Below are positions 58,648-64,000 of a DNA stretch of 64,000 bases, in pieces. The notes beneath the pieces are model-generated. The model did no database searches. It saw only the letters and a program-made list of their open reading frames with translations, and was not told where the DNA came from. This DNA comes from Eledone cirrhosa. Taxonomy: Eukaryota. Where the stretch lies: NCBI GenBank assembly GCA_964016885.1, contig OZ024756.1:37820001-37884000 (forward strand), written 5' to 3'. The translations under genes and the position numbers were made by a program. Within the stretch, counting starts at the first letter, position 1. The number at the start of each line of letters is the position of its first letter.

Positions 58648-59425
58648 GCCATGGCAACCTGTCCAATCCTTGTCAACATGGCAACCTACCCAATCCATGG
58701 CAACCCATCCAATCCATGGCAACTTGTCCAATCCATGGCAACCTGTCCAATCCATGGCAACCTATCTAATCCATGGCAACCTGTCCAATCCATGGCAACC
58801 CACCCAAACCATAGCAACCCACCCAACCCATGGCAACCCATTCAATCCATGGCAACCTGTCCAATCCATGGCAACATGGAAAGCAGGCATAAAATGGTGA
58901 GGATGATGATGATATACAATGGACTCTACCATAACACAGACCCATTTACAGTGGATTCTACCATAATACAGACCCACTTACAATGGACTCTACCATAACA
59001 CAGACCCATTTACAGTGGATTCTACCATAACACAGACCCACTTACAATGGACTCTACCATAACACAGACCTACTTACAGTGGACTCTACCATAATACAGC
59101 TGACTTACAATGGACTCTACCATAATACAGACCTACTTACAGTGGACTCTACCATAACACAGACCTACTTACAATGGACTCTACCATAACACAGACCTAC
59201 TTACAGTGGACTCTACCATAATACAGCTGACTTACAATGGCCTCTACCATAACACAGACCTACTTACAATGGACTCTACCATAACACAGACCTATTTACA
59301 GTGGACTCTACCATAATACAGACCTACTTACAGTGGACTCTACCATAATACAGACCTACTTACAATGGACTCTACCATAATACAGACCTACTTACAATGG
59401 ACTCTACCATAATACAGCTGACTTC
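58648..59425. repeat. Two adjacent minisatellites: 19-bp (ccatggcaacctgtccaat) and 32-bp (acaatggactctaccataacacagacctactt)
   Basis: Direct inspection of tandem units 58648-58878 and 58916-59425. Confidence 0.9.
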
Positions 59426-60685
59426 CAATGTGGTTCTTCATGAAAACAGTTTTATCTCTTCTAACTGTTGTGAATCCTTTTACGTACCACTCCTCAACTC
59501 ATACTTACACAGGTACACTCACACACACAGGTACACTCATACTCACATACAGGTACACTCTCACAAGCACACACTCACTCACAAGTACACACACACACTC
59601 ACACACACACACACACACACTCTCTCACAAGTACACATGCACTCAGAGGTACACACACACACTCGCTCACAAGTACACACACACACATGTCCTCTAAGCA
59701 ACATTCTTTTTGGTAGCACTCCTTTACATAATGTCCACCATGTTAACTTTCTTCTTCACTTTCGTCTCTATCCTATGTCCATACAACAGCTCCTCACTGG
59801 CCTAAGCTCACTCTCCGTCCTACTTTGGACTTTTGTGGGTAGCATAGTGGTTAGGGTGTTGGACTGAGTATCATAAGGTGGTTGATTTGATTTCTGGCTC
59901 AGTCGGTACATCGTGTTATTGAGGAAGTGGCTTCATTTCACATAGCTTCACTCCCATTCCATTCAGCTGGGCGTTAGCCTCTACAATTGAACTGATGTCA
60001 GGTCAAGTAGGAAGTTGTTTCATGAAAGGACTAGAGCCTTTGTCCTTGAAACACTTGAGAATGTTCCTATGAGATTGTATCTGATAGGAGGCCAGCTAAT
60101 AGCTGTGAACTGTAACAACATTCATCACATGCCATTAGATCTGAAACAGTATTAACTCTTTCTTTAAAACACTGATTCACCTGAAACCGCCTCTATTCAA
60201 GTGGTCAGATTTAAATCCAAACCTTGGACTTAGATATTTTTATTACATGACAGATAATATTAAATTTCAGTAGTTAGATATTTGTTATTTATTAAGTTGA
60301 AAGCTAAGAGTGGTAGAATAATTAGAGCCACAGACAAAATAGTTTGCTATGTTAAGTTATGACCCTTTAAACCTGAGTTCAAATTTTACCAAGGTCAACT
60401 TTGTCTTTCATTCGTCAAGTTCTTAGGTCAATATAATCGATTTTATTTTTTCTTGCTTTCCAAACTGCTGGCCTTGTGCCTATGTTAGAAACAATTATTA
60501 AGTTGAAAGTTAGTTTTTTTCACTAAACCTCTCATAATTATTGATTACTTTGATGATAATTAAAACTAAAAAGCTGAATATTCTTGTTAGAAATAGGGTC
60601 ACAAAAGGGTTAAGTTAAAGTTAAAGTCTCTTCCTTGTCCAGAGACTTATCAGGTTGTCAGTGCTTATCTCGATTTTACGTGATA

Positions 60686-60913
60686 TTAACCCTTTAATGT
60701 TCAAACCGGTCAAAACCAGCCAGAATTCTCTACCTCTTTCTGTTGAAACTGGCTGTAACCGGTCGCTCAAACTTATGTTAAGGTATTGTTCTCAAAATAA
60801 ATACTTTTAAAATCTCATAGATTCGATATTATGTGAGATAATTATGTGAGGTAAAGCCTTTACCATGAAAATATAATAGTATATATAGAGTAATGTAAAT
60901 GCTAAAGGGTTAA
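60686..60913. mobile_element. piggyBac-type MITE
   Basis: TTAA-ccctttaatgtt...aaatgctaaaggg-TTAA. Confidence 0.8.
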
Positions 60914-62025
60914 GTGACTTATAGTACAAGACTCCCTATAATCTACCTGATCTAGGATTTGAACCAGTGACATTACAGTTGTGAGACTGATACCTTAATC
61001 ATTAGGCCAAAGAAATAGTAGGCTTAGTTGCTAATTTTTTTACCAATTATTTACTGCCTCTGAAACAGTACTGGTTGTATAAATATAAAGCATTTTAAAA
61101 TTGGCAAAGACCATCTCTCTTCATGACTGAACAGAGCAGATTTCTTCCAGAGAAGAAGAGATAGTGATAGAGAGGAAGTGAGAAAAAGAAATAGAGGAAG
61201 AATTGACCCCATTACTCAGACTTGTACATTTTTTTAATTTTTTTTATTTACCTTGACAGGTTAAAAAGCAAAGTTGACCTCAGCAGATTTTGAACTCAGA
61301 GCAAATACCACAAAGCATTCTACCCAACGTTCAAATGACTCAAACAGTATATTGCTTAGGGTGAAATCTAGAATGCGAGGTCAGTGGTGATAGTCTGTCA
61401 GCAAACAGTTGAAATATTTACCAATCAACTTAGTTCATGTCTTTCTTTTCCTCTGAGAGTGAGGAAGACAGAAAAAAAAGTATCTTATATATATAGATAT
61501 CATCATCATTGTTTAACATATATCATATTTTTCCTTGTTTGCATAGGTTAGACGGGTGGTCACAGTATGAGTCAGTTCAGGTTAGGTGACCACATCTTGC
61601 TCATATGAATCTGTATTTTGGTTTGGTTTCTACAGCTGGTATATTCCTTTACTTAATGTCAACCATGTTAGTGTGGACTAGGGGTTATATATATATATAT
61701 ATATGGTTGTATATGTATGTATGTTATTGTATGTATGTATATATTATTTACATGTTTATATATTATTTATGTATATATATATATATAGGATAAGGTTCAA
61801 CAAATATATATATATATGGTTGTATATGTATGTTATTGTATGTATGTATATATTATTTACATGTTTATATATTTATATATGTATATATATATATATAGGA
61901 TAAGGTTCAACAAATATATATATATATGTATATATATATATTTGCTGAACCTTATCCTATCTAAGTATTTAAATCGTCTGTGACTATTTATCTTGAGATA
62001 TGAAAGATAGCTGTGTGCATCTGGT

Positions 62026-62968
62026 GCACCATGTCCCTGTGTGTACACCATGTCCCTGTGTGTACACCATGTCCCTGTGTGTACACCATATCCCTGTGTG
62101 TACACCATATCCCTGTGTGTACACCATATCCCTGTGTGTACACCATATCCCTGTGTGTACACCATATCCCTGTGTGTACACCATATCCCTGTGTGTACAC
62201 CATGTCCCTGTGTGTACACCATATCCCTGTGTGTACACCATATCCCTGTGTGTACACCATGTCCCTGTGTGTACACCATGTCCCTGTGTGTACACCATGT
62301 CCCTGTGTGTACACCATGTCCCTGTGTGTACACCATATCCCTGTGTGTACACCATATCCCTGTGTGTACACCATATCCCTGTGTGTACACCATATCCCTG
62401 TGTGTACACCATGTCCCTGTGTGTACACCATGTCCCTGTGTGTACACCATGTCCCTGTGTGTACACCATATCCCTGTGTGTACACCATGTCCCTGTGTGT
62501 ACACCATGTCCCTGTGTGTACACCATGTCCCTGTGTGTACACCATGTCCCTGTGTGTACACCATATCCCTGTGTGTACACCATATCCCTGTGTGTACACC
62601 ATATCCCTGTGTGTACACCATATCCCTGTGTGTACACCATGTCCCTGTGTGTACACCATGTCCCTGTGTACACCATGTCCCTGTGTGTACACCATATCCC
62701 TGTGTGTACACCATATCCCTGTGTGTACACCATGTCCCTATGTGTACACCATGTCCCTATGTGTACACCATGTCCCTGTGTACACCATGTCCCTGTGTGT
62801 ACACCATATCCCTGTGTGTACACCATATCCCTGTGTGTACACCATGTCCCTGTGTGTACACCATGTCTCTGTGTGTACACCATGTCCCTGTGTACACCAT
62901 GTCCCTATGTGTACACCATGTCCCTGTGTGTACACCATGTCCCTGTGTGTACACCATGTCCCTGTGTG
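62026..62968. repeat. Minisatellite, 19-bp unit gtacaccat(g/a)tccctgtgt (~50 copies)
   Basis: Homogeneous array; produces spurious ORFs in all six frames. Confidence 0.96.
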
Positions 62969-63410
62969 TTGTAAGGTTTGGCTCCAAGAAGAGCAGCCGG
63001 CCTCAAAACGTTGCTTCAAAAGGGGTCTGTATAGTGAAGTGTGTGATGGCGTCTCCACAGGGAAAATGGACTTGAAAAACTAGTTATTCTTGTTGTTGTT
63101 GTCTATTGATGTAGCACACATTCACACAACACATGCACCATATTTACATACACACACACATACACACACATACACACACATACACACACATACACACCTT
63201 AATGGGTCAAAGTGCTTTATGATTTGAAATATGTCACCCTGAACCCTTTCGATAACAAGACCTGTATCTGTGCCTATATGTGTAAAGGGCGTATGCCAAT
63301 GTCTATGTGTGTATGTATATATGTGTGGGTATGTGTATGTATGTTATAGCATATGTATATGTGTGTGTGTATGTTATAGCATATATATATTTATATGTGT
63401 GTATGTTATA

Positions 63411-63445
<35 letters not shown>

Positions 63446-64000
63446 TGTGTGTGTATGTATGTTATAGCATATATATATGTGTATATATGTGTGTGTATAT
63501 ATGTGTGTATGTGTACTATATAACACAGTGACATTGATATGGGCCATGATTAATAACCAAGCAACCATCTATAAGAAATATTTATGTTGCTGATTAAAAT
63601 GTTTGATAATACCTTAGTATTTAACATATAGTTATTATATTTAACACCAAGTCTAGCTTGTTTTAGAGGATTAACTATATATATATATATATATATTTAT
63701 AATATATATATATTTAGGTTTGTTGGTTCACCACTGGATAGAACTGGTAATTCCATATAGTCAACCTTGATGTAATATTAGGAAAAGCACTCAAAGTAAT
63801 GTAACTCACCCATCTTCGTTTATGTTGAATCTTGTTGGTGGTGCAAGTAAGGAGTTAATTATTAGAAAATGAGAGGAGGCTGAACTGGTGAAATTCCTTC
63901 AAGATTTATTATAAACACTATGAACATTTCAATGACTGGGTTCTGCATGAACCCGGTGACATCATCATCATCATCATTTCATTTTACGTCCGCTTTTCCC

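Noticed and set aside
58916-59425. 32-bp repeats of CRISPR-like length (also the 35-bp array at 19160)
   Set aside because: Units are contiguous with no spacers.
61857-63083. Six-frame Cys/His-rich ORFs, or a possible CRISPR array
   Set aside because: A 19-bp head-to-tail minisatellite with no unique spacers, no cas genes, and a eukaryotic context.

Overview
AT-rich, microsatellite-dense eukaryotic genomic DNA. The SINE/LINE/MITE families and (TA)n load suggest a cephalopod, probably Octopus (inference). Two spliced + strand genes can be reconstructed by hand. (1) A TOX-family HMG-box gene (TOX3/TOX4-like): 7 coding exons from 16948 to 32957, 477 aa from the first recognised exon, with a polyQ tract, HMG box and TOX4-type C-terminal Cys motif; the start exon is uncertain. 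(2) A complete 4-exon D-2-hydroxyacid dehydrogenase (glyoxylate/hydroxypyruvate reductase-like, 328 aa, 42627-47384). A possible first coding exon of a third gene lies at 53182-53275. The rest is tRNA-derived SINEs, TTAA (piggyBac-type) and TA (Tc1/mariner-type) MITEs, RTE, CRE-like and mariner relics, and mini/microsatellites. Almost all long ORFs in the supplied track are low-complexity artefacts. The most notable hidden structure is an apparently intact type-I hammerhead ribozyme (58045-58135) inside a 316-bp terminally redundant unit that looks like a retrotransposed circular RNA (retrozyme-like). Several other hammerhead-motif, fold-back elements sit in (TA)n tracts. There is also a micro-scale inverted triplication (12821-13161) and a candidate cassette exon splitting the TOX Cys motif.
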